From assembly GCA_003971905.1 (NCBI GenBank), contig RSEE01000008.1, positions 372,001 to 436,000 on the forward strand: DNA of 64,000 nucleotides, in the 5' to 3' direction. Below the pieces are notes generated by a model. That model ran no database searches and had not been told where the DNA came from. It was given only the letters and a program-made list of their open reading frames with translations. The position numbers and the translations under genes are program-made. Source of the stretch: Moniliella sp. 'wahieum' (Eukaryota). This document shows positions 1 through 14,070 of this stretch, one piece after another (the stretch's first letter is position 1; every line of letters starts with the position of its first letter).

Positions 1-1562
1 ACTGCTGTCCCCCGTACCCCCCGCAAACGGACCAAAACCGTGCCTTCCACCCCAGCTACTGGGCGCAAAAAGCTTGCAGCCAAGGTGAAGGCAGCCCGTT
101 TCCCGACAGCCCTAGCCCGAGGGGACGATGATGAAGGCGGAGAACTCTTGGCCGAGTTGGAGCGCAAGTGCAAGCCATTTGGTGGCGTGGCCAAGGCTCC
201 AGCCCATGAGCGGGCTCGCTTCCCTCCACGTAGGGAGTACTCCATCATTTTTGCCTTGCCGCGAAACCGAATTCTGCTCGATCCAAACTCACTTGGAGAA
301 CGCGCTGGACAATCGTCAGGGGGGATGCTTGTACGTTTGCGGCGTTCCTGGGACGGGAAAGACAGCCACGTGTCGCCAGGTCGTCGGTCTCTTTGCTCCA
401 CCCGCGGAGACGAGTTCAACTTTGTCGAGATCAACGGGATGAAGCTGGCCGAGGCGTCCCAGGTCTACACTGTTCTCTGGTCTGCCCTGCGTCCTGAAGA
501 CGATACCTCGGGTCGTGGGGCCAACTCGGCACTCGACTCGCTCCGTCGCCATTTCGAGCGTGGAGCGATGGGCGCCGGTCTCCGTGGCGGCGGACGCAAG
601 ATGACGGTGGTCCTCTTGGATGAAGTAGACCAGCTACTCACCTCGAGACAGGAGGTGCTCTACAACTTGTTCCATTGGCCCCACCTGCCAGGCGCTCGAC
701 TAGTTGTCCTCGCTTTGGCGAACACGATGGATCTTCCTCAACGTGCGCTTTCGGCCCGTGTGGCTTCCCGTTTGGGCGGGGCCAACGTTCCTTTCCAACC
801 TTATGACGATGCCCAATTGGCCGCTATTGTCCGTTCTCGCCTTGGCATCGCGACGGAAGCCATGGCAGTTTTCCCTCCCCCAGCCATGGAGCAGGCAGCC
901 AAGGGATGTGCCCAGTCCTTCCAGCCCCATGCCATCACGCTAATGGCCAAGCGGGTGGCCGTGGTCAATGGGATGCACGACGAATGCTCGATGTTGCACG
1001 TCGGGCCTTGGAGAGGGCAGCGAGCGCGTCGCCGCAAGGCCAGGCGCCGCTCCCAGTAACGATTGCCGATGTGAATGCTGTCTTTACCGACCTGGCCAGT
1101 TCTGGCGTCGCCGTGATGATCCGTTCTCTCTCCACCCATGCAAAGATGTTACTTTGGGCGGCGCTGATGTGCGCGCGTAAGACGGGACTGTGCGAGTGCA
1201 CGCTGTCGGACCTGGTGGCTACGCATGGGGCGTTGGCTGTTGGGCACAGCATCGGGGCCGCTGCCACGTCTGCGGCGGTAGAGCGGGCTCGACTGTTTGC
1301 GCAAACGGGCTTGCTCGACGAGGAGAAAGCCAGTCGAGACGCCCGCCACGCCCGCATTGCGCCTAAACCCCTGTCGCTGGAGACGTTGGCTGCGCCCCTG
1401 GCCTCTCTTTGCACCCTCGGGCTTCTTGTCCCGTTGGGGAAGGAGTTTGCCCCGGCCCGAGCAGGTGCGTGTGCGCGCGTTCTGATTGCGGTGCGGGAAG
1501 ACGAGGTTCGAATTGCGTTGCGGGAAGATGAGGATCTTCGGTTCCGCCACTTGGTTGCATGA
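1..1562 (+). CDS. ORC1: Origin recognition complex subunit 1 (ORC1/Cdc6 AAA+ ATPase), 5' part outside window, frameshifted
   Basis: Walker A GGCLYVCGVPGTGKTAT (ORF 128..442), FVEINGMKL, Walker B VVLLDEVDQLLTSRQEVLYNLFHWP, ANTMDLP, and DARRMLDVARRALE in ORF 906..1562; stop TGA 1560-1562. Confidence 0.9.
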
Positions 1563-1574
1563 CCGTATGGAAGA

Positions 1575-1855
1575 GTAAAACGCGCGATTACTGTTCTTCC
1601 TACCGACCATTACCCTCTTTTCTTTGTATAATTTCCCGTGCAAGGAGCGGCAGCAGCCATTGCTCCGCTGTGCACTGCCCTGGCCTTGCTGCGGGCCAGG
1701 CAAACCACGACATTCATTTCATCCGACGCGCGAAGTGAGGTAGCTAATACGGTAGCTTATACAGGCAGCGCGTAACGGGGTCCAACAATAGTCGGTGTCT
1801 GGGGTAAAACGCGATGTGGCCGCTAGGGTTGAACACGCAGAGCGCGTTCGCGTTG
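1575..1855. promoter_or_regulatory. Cluster of MCB-like (ACGCG/CGCGT) elements upstream of SLD5
   Basis: aaaacgcgcga ~1577, gacgcgcgaa ~1725, gcgcgtaa ~1768, aaacgcgat ~1807, gcgcgttcgcgtt ~1842, in front of a DNA replication gene. Confidence 0.45.
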
Positions 1856-1967
1856 TGGATTGGCGTCTGTTCCGCCGTGGCACCACAGCGCACCCCTCGC
1901 CACTGCCGGCCAGAGTGCGAGCCCCCAAGCCACCTTCTTCTGCCTCTCTCTCCCCTTCCCCACCGCC

Positions 1968-3140
1968 ATGGCCACGCGCCACGCATACGACTCGGACTCG
2001 TCCGACGATGACATTCCCTCTGCGCCGCCTCTGCGCTCCTCCACTGCGGTGGGACCCAGCGAAGCAGGCCTGGATGCCAGCGACGCTACCCCGCCTCTTG
2101 CCTTCTCCCCCCGTCGAGGCCGCATCGCAGGCCGCTCCGCCGCCGCCCCGCCCCGCTTTGCGGTAGATGACGACGCTATGGACGAAAGTGCTTGGCCTGG
2201 TTCCGAATCTGACCCATTGCGCGCAAGCAGCCTGTTGGACTCCGTTCCCAGACGGGGCGCTTCGACCATGTCCCCCACTCCCGGCCTCGGTGGCCTGGGG
2301 CCTTCGCCGGCCGAGATCATTGCTGCTCTCGGTCCTCCAGGGCCGCCCTTATCTCCCCCTCCTCGCTCTTCTGGACGAACAGGCGTAGGTCTGCCCGCGT
2401 CGGTGGCTTTGGCTCGCGTTCGGGCCGCATGGCAGTCGGAACGCGGGGCACCCGAGTTGCGAATTTGGGAAGGCGAGGCAGTGGCGGCGGTGGAGGCAAT
2501 GATCGAAGAGCAATCTGACATCCTCAACACCCTTGCCGCAGACGACGATACGACAGAGGAAGAGCACCTCCGTCTTTCGCTTGTGGCCGTGGACATGGAA
2601 CGGGCCAAATGGCTGCTCAAGGCGTACCTCCAAGTCCGCCTTGGCAAGCTGGAGCAGTACTCGACCTATATTCAAGAAACACCAGGGGAGATGCTTAAGC
2701 TGTCTTCGGCAGAGCGTGCCTACCTGCGTGGCTTTGAGGGACTGCGTCTGCGCACCCTCGCCTCTACCGTTCTGGACCATTTGCCGCCAGAATGGGCAGG
2801 GCTCAACGACCAGGTCGCCTTGGATGCATGGACTACTGGGATGGGTACGTGTTTTTTGTTTGGGTGCGCTTGGCTCTCGACTGACTCCAGTTCCGGCAGT
2901 GGACAAACCCCCGTTGGACTCGCCCGTTTTTGTGCACTGTCTACAGGACAGCGAGACGTTGCAATTACCCGAGTACGTCTCTACCCCCCCCCCCCCCCTC
3001 CCCCCCCTTAGACCATGCGCGCTGACCTCACGGGCCCTTGAAGCGGCACGACGGCCGAAATGAAAAAGGGGTCCATGCACTTGCTGCGATACAGTGCAAT
3101 CAAGTCTCTCCTGGATCGAGGCAGGGTGGAGCTGCTCTGA
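1968..3140 (+). CDS. SLD5: GINS complex subunit Sld5
   Basis: AWQSERGAPEL...DMERAKWLLKAYLQVRLGKLEQY...LSSAERAY; after intron (~2845-2899) MVDKPPLDSPVFVHC; second intron ~2973-3044; last exon MKKGSMHLLRYSAIKSLLDRGRVELL* (TGA 3138-3140). Confidence 0.9.
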
Positions 3141-3354
3141 CTGTCTGGTCGAAGCCCCGTTTCGTTCTCAGCATGTCATTTCGGACGTGCCTCCTCGCAT
3201 GCATCATGCTCCCTCTATGTATTGCATGCTACGATTCCATCGGGTTGGGCTGCATCTGACAACATCGTTAAAAGTGCGAGTAGCAGGGAAGTGGTGAAAG
3301 GAGCAGGCCAATTGCGATACCATGAGACGCCAGACCCACTCAGTGTATTTTGGG

Positions 3355-5196
3355 TTAGGCCTTGACTTGCTTAGCAGAGCGTGCGGCCGCTTGCTGTGCC
3401 GCTTTGAGCTGGCGCCAGACCATCACTGCATGGGTAGGGCGACGCAGATTGGCTAGGAGGGTCAGGAGCATGCTGAACACGGCCAGGGCAATGGCTTGGT
3501 GGGCCGAGGCCAAGGGGATGGGGACCATGTAGATCAAGGTGGCAATGCCCAGCACCACTTGGGTCGCCGCGGCATGGGTGCTGCCCTTGGCCAGCTTGAG
3601 AATCTTGGGAGGCAAGTACAGCGGGCCACCGGGTAAGGTGGCTGTCGCTTTGGGCAACTCGCGTGCTAGTTTCTTGGTCTTGATCATCAGGCCAATGATG
3701 CAGGCAAACGTAGTGACAGCCAGGATCCGGTGCGCCAGCTGCACCGTCACAGGGTTCTGCGTCAGGTTGGCCCAGATCAGTTGACCCGTCGAGACAGGGG
3801 CGTGGGTGCCGTCAGGGCCGGGACGCTGGTAGCGCGTCACGTACCGTTCGTCCCACAGTTCCTTGGAGGGGGGAGTGAGACGCCAGTCGCCCATGGTGGG
3901 GAACTCATTGTAGACCAGGCCAGCGTCCAGGCCGGCGACCATAGCACCCGAAACAATCGTCACGCACAGCAACGTCGCCACACCAGCGACAGTACGCGTG
4001 TACTTTCTCACCAGCGGGTGGGCCAGCGCACGGGCATACAGCCGCGCCGCGGCCTCGCCCACCGGCTGACCCGGTTGTGCCGCAATTCCATTCGGAGACA
4101 CATCCCAGCCACCAACCTTGCCCGAGCGATGGGCCAGTTTCCAGTCGCGCATGATCCCGAGCCCCGTGTAGAGCATGCCCGCGTACAGGGCAAAGGCGGC
4201 AGCCAGATGGGCCGTGAGGCGGAATTGGCTAACACGAGGGTGCCAGTCTGCCACCTCGTTGGACGAGGGGGAGATGCCAGCCTGCTCTTGCGCCAAGCGC
4301 TCAGCAACAAGACTTCCCTTGGGAGGGACCAGACCTGACTTGACCATAAACCAACCCAGCGCACCTTGGAATGCAATACCCGCCGCGATCGCGTACAGCT
4401 TCCAACGCGTTCCAGGCCCAACCCAACCAGGCTTGGCAAGGAAGAAGGTGGCAGGGATGATGAAAGCGATTCCAATCACACGGCCGAGTACACGGTGGCC
4501 CCACTCCCAGAGGAAAATCGACTTGAAGTCCTCAAGGGTCATGTTCCGGTTCAGCCTGCACCGAGTTAGCATTGCTTGTCACATGTTTTCTCGGGGGGAA
4601 GGAGGGGGAGGTACTGACAAGTAAAACTCAGGAGACTGTTTGTACTTTTCCCATTCCTCTTCCCAGCCTGCTTGCCCTGTCGGCAGCTTCCATCCCATCA
4701 CAGGGTTCCACTCAACGATCGACAGGCCTGACTCAGTCAGGCGGGTAAGGCCGCCAACGATAACGATCCCATATACCAGCAAGGCAAGGAAGAATAGCTG
4801 CTTGGCCACGGCCGGGTGGTGAGCGTGATAGGCTTCTCCCCCCACCCGACGAGGGGGAGGTGGGCTCCTGTTGCGAGGACGGGGAGAAGAAGCAGCGACA
4901 GAATGCGCGGACGAGGACGAAGACGAAACAGATGAAGCGGAGGACGAGGCGATGCCGCGGCAAAGCGCCAGGACGGCGGAGCGGGGCAAAGCAGGAGCCG
5001 AACGAGATAGGTTGAGACCAGCGAAAAGCGAACACAATGGGACAGGCGCACGCGGCGTGGAGCGCACTCCAACGCGCGGGGCTGCGAAGTGGAGAGCACG
5101 CGCCATGGCGGGCGTGCAGGGGCGAGGGCGTAGGAGTGTGCCCCGGATAGGGGCACACATCCCGACGCGCCGCAGCGCCGAGAGTAGGTCAGCCAT
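3355..5196 (-). CDS. COX15: Heme A synthase Cox15
   Basis: IVGGLTRLTESGLSIVEWNPVMG, FKSIFLWEWGHRVLGRVIG, PRVSQFRLTAHL, SGAMVAGLDAGLVYNEFP, PLASAHQ; intron 4556-4618; mitochondrial-presequence-like N-terminus. Confidence 0.95.
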
Positions 5197-5739
5197 CGAC
5201 AACCAAGATTGAGTATAAGGGAAGATGGTGGGGGGAAGATGTGGGGCAGCTGTTCGGCTACCAATAGCCGCCTCTGCGGCGCTGGAAGTGGCACGATCTT
5301 CTTCCTGCCCACTCCGCTGGAGTCGGTGCGTGCGTCGGTGGGTCAGGCCGATCACCGGTCACCGGTCAGGCCGGCCAGGCGCCCCTCAGGCCATGTATGC
5401 ACTACCTTGAAATTTGGATCGTCCCTCCCGAGACGTTTATTCTAGGGGCCCATTAGTAACGGGTTATCGGCTACCTGTCGCCGACACCAACACTCCTTCC
5501 ACTGACAAGTTTCGCGTTACGGTACAGGCAGTGATTATCTCTCATTTGCAACCCAGTGGGCTGCTCCGGGTAGATGAACCACAGGCCGTCAAGACGTTAC
5601 GATAAGAGGAGGGGGAGGGGAGGGGAGGGGAGTTGAAAATGATCGCATAAAGGTCGATGGAGTACGAGATACGGATGCGCAATAGCTACGCTGTGCGCAA
5701 AAATCAGAAGACTTCAGTTGTCCTGTATATACGCCCAAA

Positions 5740-7001
5740 CTAATCTTCTGCAAGGCGAGCCTTGTAGCCTGCCGCGGTGGCTTGCTTGGTCAAGTCTTCC
5801 GTGGCATAGTGGTCCGTGTCCGCGTAGAGCTCAAAGATACGGCGCAACCAAGCCGGACCACGCGACACGGTGGGCAGCAGGTTCATAATAACAGGCAAGA
5901 TGATCTGCTTAGAAAGGCCCGAGGCCACCGCAGCCGTCACAGCAGTAGCAACCTGCTCGGGGTAAAGGTTAGGTCCAAGGAAGGTGAACTGGTGGTCCGC
6001 CAGTGCCGCTCCCAACGCCGTCTTGACCTTCGTAGGGCAGACAACCGTGGTGCGGATGCGATCGGCATGAGCATACCGCGTCCGCAACTCTCCCGTCAAC
6101 GCCTCGTGGAACGCCAGGGCAGCCGACTTGGACGCCGCGTACGAACTCATGTGGGGCAGCGACATGTAAGATGCGGACGAAGCAATCGTCACAACGTGCC
6201 CATGGTTCTCCTTGAGCATGGCGGGTAGGAACTGCTGCACCGTCACCCAGTGCGACAGAGCATTGACACTAAACTCGCGCAGAATTTGCTCTTGCGTCTT
6301 GTCGAGGATCAACCCAGGCATAAAGATACCAGCATTGTTGACTGATACAGTGTTAGCCGTCTGCTCGCAGAAGAGAGAGGGGCGGGGCGAACCAAAGACT
6401 TACTCAAGACGCTCGGGTCACGCCCAAATCGGGCGCGGATTTGTTCTGCAGCGGCAGCCACAGCAGCTTTGTTGGTGATATCCGTTTTGACGTACAGGAT
6501 GTCGGGGTGGCTCCCACTGGCGGGTTTGTATGTGGGAGCACCCATGTCGAGCACCGCAATCTTAGCTCCGTAAGCCTGGGAGAAGCGCTCGACCATGGCC
6601 TTGCCAATACCGGAGGAACCACCAGTGATGACAATCACGTCACGCTTGAAGTCGATGGGATCGGGGTTAAATCGACCCAAGTTTTTCACATAGCGGGTGG
6701 CCAGGCGATGGAGGCGCAAGAGGATCAAACCCGCATACAGTGTCTTTGCCCACTTGGGGATGGCGCTGTTAAGCTTGCGTACGAAGACGGTAAGCTGGAT
6801 GAGGTTGAATGCATGAGTGCTCTGCTCGAACAGCTCGCCAGGAGCCAAGTTGAGCATGGGGCGCCGCGCCTTGCCGGTCTTGATGGCCCAGGCAGCGGCC
6901 AGGATAGGCAGCCAGGTGAGCGCCGAGGGCTGGAGCACCGTGCGTTCCAACGCGTTGGTAATCGTGTCAAGGGTGAACACGGGCGGGCGGTTGGTGGCCA
7001 T
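5740..7001 (-). CDS. Short-chain dehydrogenase/reductase with hydrophobic N-terminus
   Basis: VITGGSSGIG, LINNAG across intron 6342-6403, VTIASSAS, catalytic YAASK. Confidence 0.9.
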
Positions 7002-8458
7002 GGTGGGTAGACGGAGAACTGTGGGCGAGGGTGTGGGTGTGGGCTGGGGCTGGGGGGAGGTGGTGGTGCACGGCAGGAAGGAAGGAGAGGATGGGCGGGG
7101 CAGGTTGGCTCGTGCGAATGCCGGACGCTGTGTTAAAAAGAGACCAGGCGCGCGGCAATCACCCATGCTCGATCATCGATGTCAGTACTCAGTATGGGGG
7201 CGGTGGTGCGCGTCAAGCGTCAATTCCATAGAAGCTCACTAGTCACTTCATGAAAGCTCAAGGTGGGGTAAAGGCGCCTGTGCGTTGTGCCGGGGTCTGC
7301 GTCCGCCCCAGCGAGCCTGGGCGCATGAGGGGAGTCCCAGTGCGGGTGAGGACGCTCGTACAAGACGGCTCTTGTGGCCGGTTTTCGATTATCGACACTA
7401 TCGCTGAGCGATCAGGCTGACCTGCTTGCCCCAAAATTGAGTGGGGACGAGGGTGTGTGGGTGGGAGCAGCCTGGCCGCTCCCTTCCCTATGTCTAACCT
7501 CCCACAGACTGAGAGGAAGAGCAAAGCGTCCGCCTTGGTGCTTGAAGCTTGTCAAGCGCTCAGGCTGAGCAGCCCCCGACTCAAACAGGACCTAGTCGCT
7601 CAGCCACAGCGGGCAACCTGGCGCAGCTGTCAACTTGAACGTTAAACCCAACATTGAAGGAAGTGTGTGAATCGGCCTGGCACGGCCTGCTCTTCGGCGC
7701 TGCTCGGCCACAGTCCAAGGGACATCAGCTCATCGTGTTCAGGAGGCATAGCCGCTGGCTCAGCCGCCCATGACAGGGCGCCAGCGTTGCGCGTGAAAAG
7801 GGCACGGCACCCGTGGTTGCCCCATCAGAACATTGAATCCCCTTGGCCCATAGGCGGCCACAGAAGCAGGTGGCTAGTGGGGCCTGGGGCCATTTATAAA
7901 CACGATGTCAAGGGATTGGCCTTTCCGAACTTGTACGATTTTGGCGGCTGGTAGCCACCAACCATCGATGATCGACATCGCTCATTCGATCGGCCCTACT
8001 TGCTGACCTAACCATCGATGCAGGGAGGGAGTATCGATCATCGATCATCGATCGATCATCATCGAGCAACACATCATGCGTCATATATTGCGGTGTGGGA
8101 TGCGTGATGTGGGATGCGTGACGCGTGACATCTGGCATGCTGACATGGCTGACATGTGATACATCAGGCATCATGCATCATGCATCATCGATTATCCTCT
8201 GCTTGGGCCTTTGCCTGCACCCACAAGGCGTTTTAGCAAGCCGAATGGATTCGTACGAATACTTTCATCGCACTCCATCTCGTACAGCAGTCATCATACC
8301 GCCCTCTACGTTGGTCACGCCAAAGGTGCCATAGCACTTGACGCTGGTGCGTTCGCAAGCGTGCATGTATGCAACAGAATGATGTATCGATTCATTAGGG
8401 AGGGCCAGCCGAGCCGACCAGAAGAGAGGAACGGCAGCGCGCTTCATTCCAATCCATG

Positions 8459-11400
8459 CTACTCGACAGTGGTCTTTTGAGCCATCGTAATCTTGTCCCC
8501 GAGGCTGAGGGCAATGCCCTGGGTCTTGGAGCGGATGCGCACATGGCCTTGGATGTGTCCATTGTCCAGCTGCTCCATGCTGACGTTGGCCAGCGCATCT
8601 TCCCCGAACAACGAGCGGGCATACAGGTTGGCCGACAGGAAACCACAGTCGCCTGCCAGCGAAGCCTCGGGAGTGAGGCAGGCCATGTTGGTGGAGCGCA
8701 TTACATGTTCCAAGTACTGCCGCAAAGAAGGGATGACCGTGTTGACGTTCACCTTGTTTTCCCACTCAAACTCGGTCCACATCGACCGGAACTGGGTCTC
8801 GTCGCAGTACGAGGGCTTGATGTAGTCGAGAATGTCAATGTGAATGTCGTTCATCACCACCAGCCCTCCTTCAGGTGGCGCTGCCGCTTTGGCCCCTCGG
8901 CGCGAAGACGGCGCGACAACGGGTGCAGATGACTCATAGGTGATGTTGCCAAAGATCACACCCGTTTCCGTAGAAGCGACCTTGATAGCAGCCTTGATAG
9001 ACTGGTAGTTATAAGGGCCAATGGTGTAGGTTCCCGGCCGATCCACCAGCGACAGGTCGCCCAGCGTAGCAAATTCAATCGTGAGATTTTGGAGAGTGTC
9101 CTGCGTCTGATTGACAACGAGCACATCGAGAAGAATGTCAAATTGATGAACTTGAACATAGGCCTCCGCGTAAACCGCGTCCGAGAATCCGGTCAGCTGA
9201 ACCACCCGCTGCAGTTTAGAGATAAAGTCGTCCTTGCCCCCTCGGCGGCCCCTGTCGCGGCACCCAGCTCCTTCTCCAAATCGTCCACATCAAAGTCCTC
9301 GGCACCCTTGCGCGCAAACTGACGGAACTGGATCAAGTCCTCAGGCTGGGTCTTGGTTTCCTTGATCGCACTTTGCCTTGTTTCAGCCTCGGCCTTCTTG
9401 GCCACTTGGTGTTCTTCCATCCTGGCAAACGCACTCTTAGTTTCGTCAAGGAACACATCTTCCACATCTGCGTCTTCCGCCCGCCCTTGAGGGGAGGAAG
9501 CATTGGCCGGCAACGAAGCCAGCGTCTGGATGCACGTCATGATACGCTCTGCACTGTCCTCGTCAATTGGGGCAGCTGCCAAAGACGACTGTCCTACCCG
9601 CAGGACCGAGGTCATAATCAGCATGGCCTCCGCCCGCAATGCGTTGAGCTTCGTCTCATCCGCAAAGATCTGCGCATGTCGTAGGACCAGCTTGACCAGA
9701 GTAGAGGCCAAGACAGTGGCCGTATAATAGTCTCCCACAAGAATCAACGCGCGAAGAGGCGGTTTGGACGAAGCCCGGCCTTCGAGCGGGTGACCGCGGC
9801 ATCAAACGCCGTCTCGGTAGCATAGGTGCCATCGGCACGGACCTTGGGTGCACTAGGCTGAGCGGGTGTCACAAGAGCGTCGTTTGGTGGTGTCTCCTCC
9901 CCATGCAGAGCCCGCTCCTCCGCGGCCAGAATAGGGATCTCCCCCAACACTTTGCGAATCCGCTCAAGCGAAGCCAAGACGTCCGCCTGTTCTGTCGCAT
10001 ACTCACCCACAATCCACAGTGCACCGCGGAAGACCTTACCCGACTTGATTTGGTCAAATGTGGCAAGAAGCTTGCTGAGGATTGACGAGCGCAAGTCCGG
10101 GAACCGTTCCACCACTTCTCGCACAAACGCAATCACATCCACCGCTGTCGAGTTGGAGTTGTCACCCAAATAATCGATCAGGACATGGACCACGCTCGAT
10201 GCCACCTCGCTAAACTTGATAGCGCATTGGTGAATGCTCTGGATGAGCAGTTGCTTGTTCTCTGCCGCCGCCGCGGTCCGCCGCCGCCGCATTCGCCGCG
10301 CTCGTTGACTTGGCCAACTCCTTTTGTAAGAAGAGGACCACCTCCTCCACGTTGCGTGAACTCACCATATCCAACGCAATGCGTAGCGCTTTGCGCCTGA
10401 CGTCCATGTCGGTACTGTTCAGCACCCGCAGCAAGTCCATCACCAACGGGTCAATAACGTGACCATGCCGCTTACGCAGCGCATCCAGTCGGTCTAGGAC
10501 GATCAGCTTAACGTTGTTATCGCTCTCCTTTACCACGAGCTCAATCAACGCGCTGGCTGTTGCCTTGATCGCTGCCGCCGTCTGGGTGAGTGCAGCCAAA
10601 GTCGTCGCAGCTTCATACTTGACTGCATGGCTCGGCGCCTCCAGAAGCTCAGAGATGATGCGCACAAAGGCGGTCTGCAAGTGGGTTAGTCGTTTGGGGG
10701 TCATAGGGCGGATAAGAGGAAAGATACGTGCCTTATGTTTGCCCCGCTGAGCTTGATCTCTGTGCGAATAAACTCAATGACAGCGAGCTGGATGCCCTCG
10801 TCCTGCTGGCTGATCTGGTCGCTGAGGGGAGGACGTAATTGAGCGCCTTTTCAGGCGCCACATGGGCGAGAAAAATGAGTGCGTTCCGTCTGCACGCATT
10901 GTCTGACTCGGCGGCAAGGAAGGACTCGATGAGCTCGGGGGCATCAGGGATCAGGTGGCTCGTCGAAGGTGCAGTGTAGATGGAGTAGATACAGACAGCG
11001 TTCTTGCGCACGTAAGAGTAGCGATGGTCGAGGCAGGCCTGGATGGAGGGCACAAGGGGCTCCAACAGTTCTGCCTCGCGAATCTTTTCAATAAAACGGA
11101 GGGTGCTGCCGCGGATGTACTCGTTGGGATGCTGAAGGTCGTTGCGGATGTAGTTGCAGACAAGAATCATCTCCTGACGCAGTTTGCCCTGTTCGTCGGT
11201 CTTAGGACACACCTCCCAGTAAAAGTGCAGCATCTTTTTGAGCGCCTTATTTTTGCTGGGCAGCACATATTGGATGATGGGCATGAGCAGCGTCGGGTGC
11301 GGACGACCATTGAGAGTGGAAGTGATGATGGCGCGCAGGGCCTCCAGCTTGACCTCATCGTCGTTCTTGGTGAGCAGCTTGCGCAGGTCGTTGGACGACA

Positions 11401-11470
11401 GGTTGGTCAGTAGGTCCACGCCGTCAGACGGCGCGACGACGGTGTAGGCTGCCGCCTCGGAGGTAGCCAT
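8459..11470 (-). CDS. SEC26: Coatomer subunit beta (beta-COP), frameshifted
   Basis: [98 protein letters not shown]. Confidence 0.97.
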
Positions 11471-11780
11471 CGTGCAGGCAAAGCAGGGTGATGGGCAGAC
11501 GAGCACCGCTGCCGGCGACACGACCAGCTGGCCCCACGAAGAGTGGAGCGCGCCCTGCAAGGGTGCCTCGCAGCAGGACGCATGGCGCCAGTGTCCAGCC
11601 GCCGTCGCCTCCCGATGCTCCACGTGTGCAGGGCGGCTGAGGTAAGCAGCGTCCCAGTGGTCCGCATTCAATATTCATCGCTCCTCGCCGGCGGCAAATA
11701 CTGACAACAGAGGCAGCCTGCCAGCGGCCACACCCCACCCATCACCACCATCTCCTCCCCCAGCCCAGTCCAGCACCGCC

Positions 11781-13449
<1,669 letters not shown>

Positions 13450-14070
13450 GAAAGACTGAAGGGTGTGTACGGGCAAAGCAATGTAGTAGCCAGTTTATTT
13501 GGTTCCCACTGTAAGTACTGGGTACCAACCGACCAGAGACAAGAAGGCATTCAAGACCCGAAGTTGCCTGCGTTGCTCAAATGCTACTCACATCATACTG
13601 TCTCCTTGCCCGGTAATGCCGGTAATGCATGTCCTAATCAATGATGAGATCGCATTTTGGGTAAGCTGTTGGCAGGCCCCCATTTTGGTGATGCTGCGCC
13701 AAACTGCGCGAGACTGTGTTAAGAGGATGGTAAGGAAAAAAGTGTCCGGGGAAGGTTCATAAAACGGTCATGTGTATGCATCATGCGTACTAGACCTCTA
13801 CTAGGTAAAGGCCAGCGCACCGGGAAAAGGTGTGGGGGGGTGGTACATTAGGGGAAGAACGGGCAACAGCATTAGCTCTGCTCTAAACCCGCCAGACTGG
13901 GGGTAGGTAATACACGACTGACTCGGGCCGAGGGCGGATTTGCTTGCCCCGTTGGGACCTCCAACGGGCCAGAGGCGGGACAAACTTTTGTTCCTCCAGG
14001 GTGGGTGCCGTAAAAGGAGCAGAGGGAAAGGTCGTGGTGGATGTGGTACGGGCATGGCCGTGCACGGAAC

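Noticed and set aside
2984..3008. Poly-C tract encoding polyproline
   Set aside because: Lies inside the predicted second SLD5 intron.
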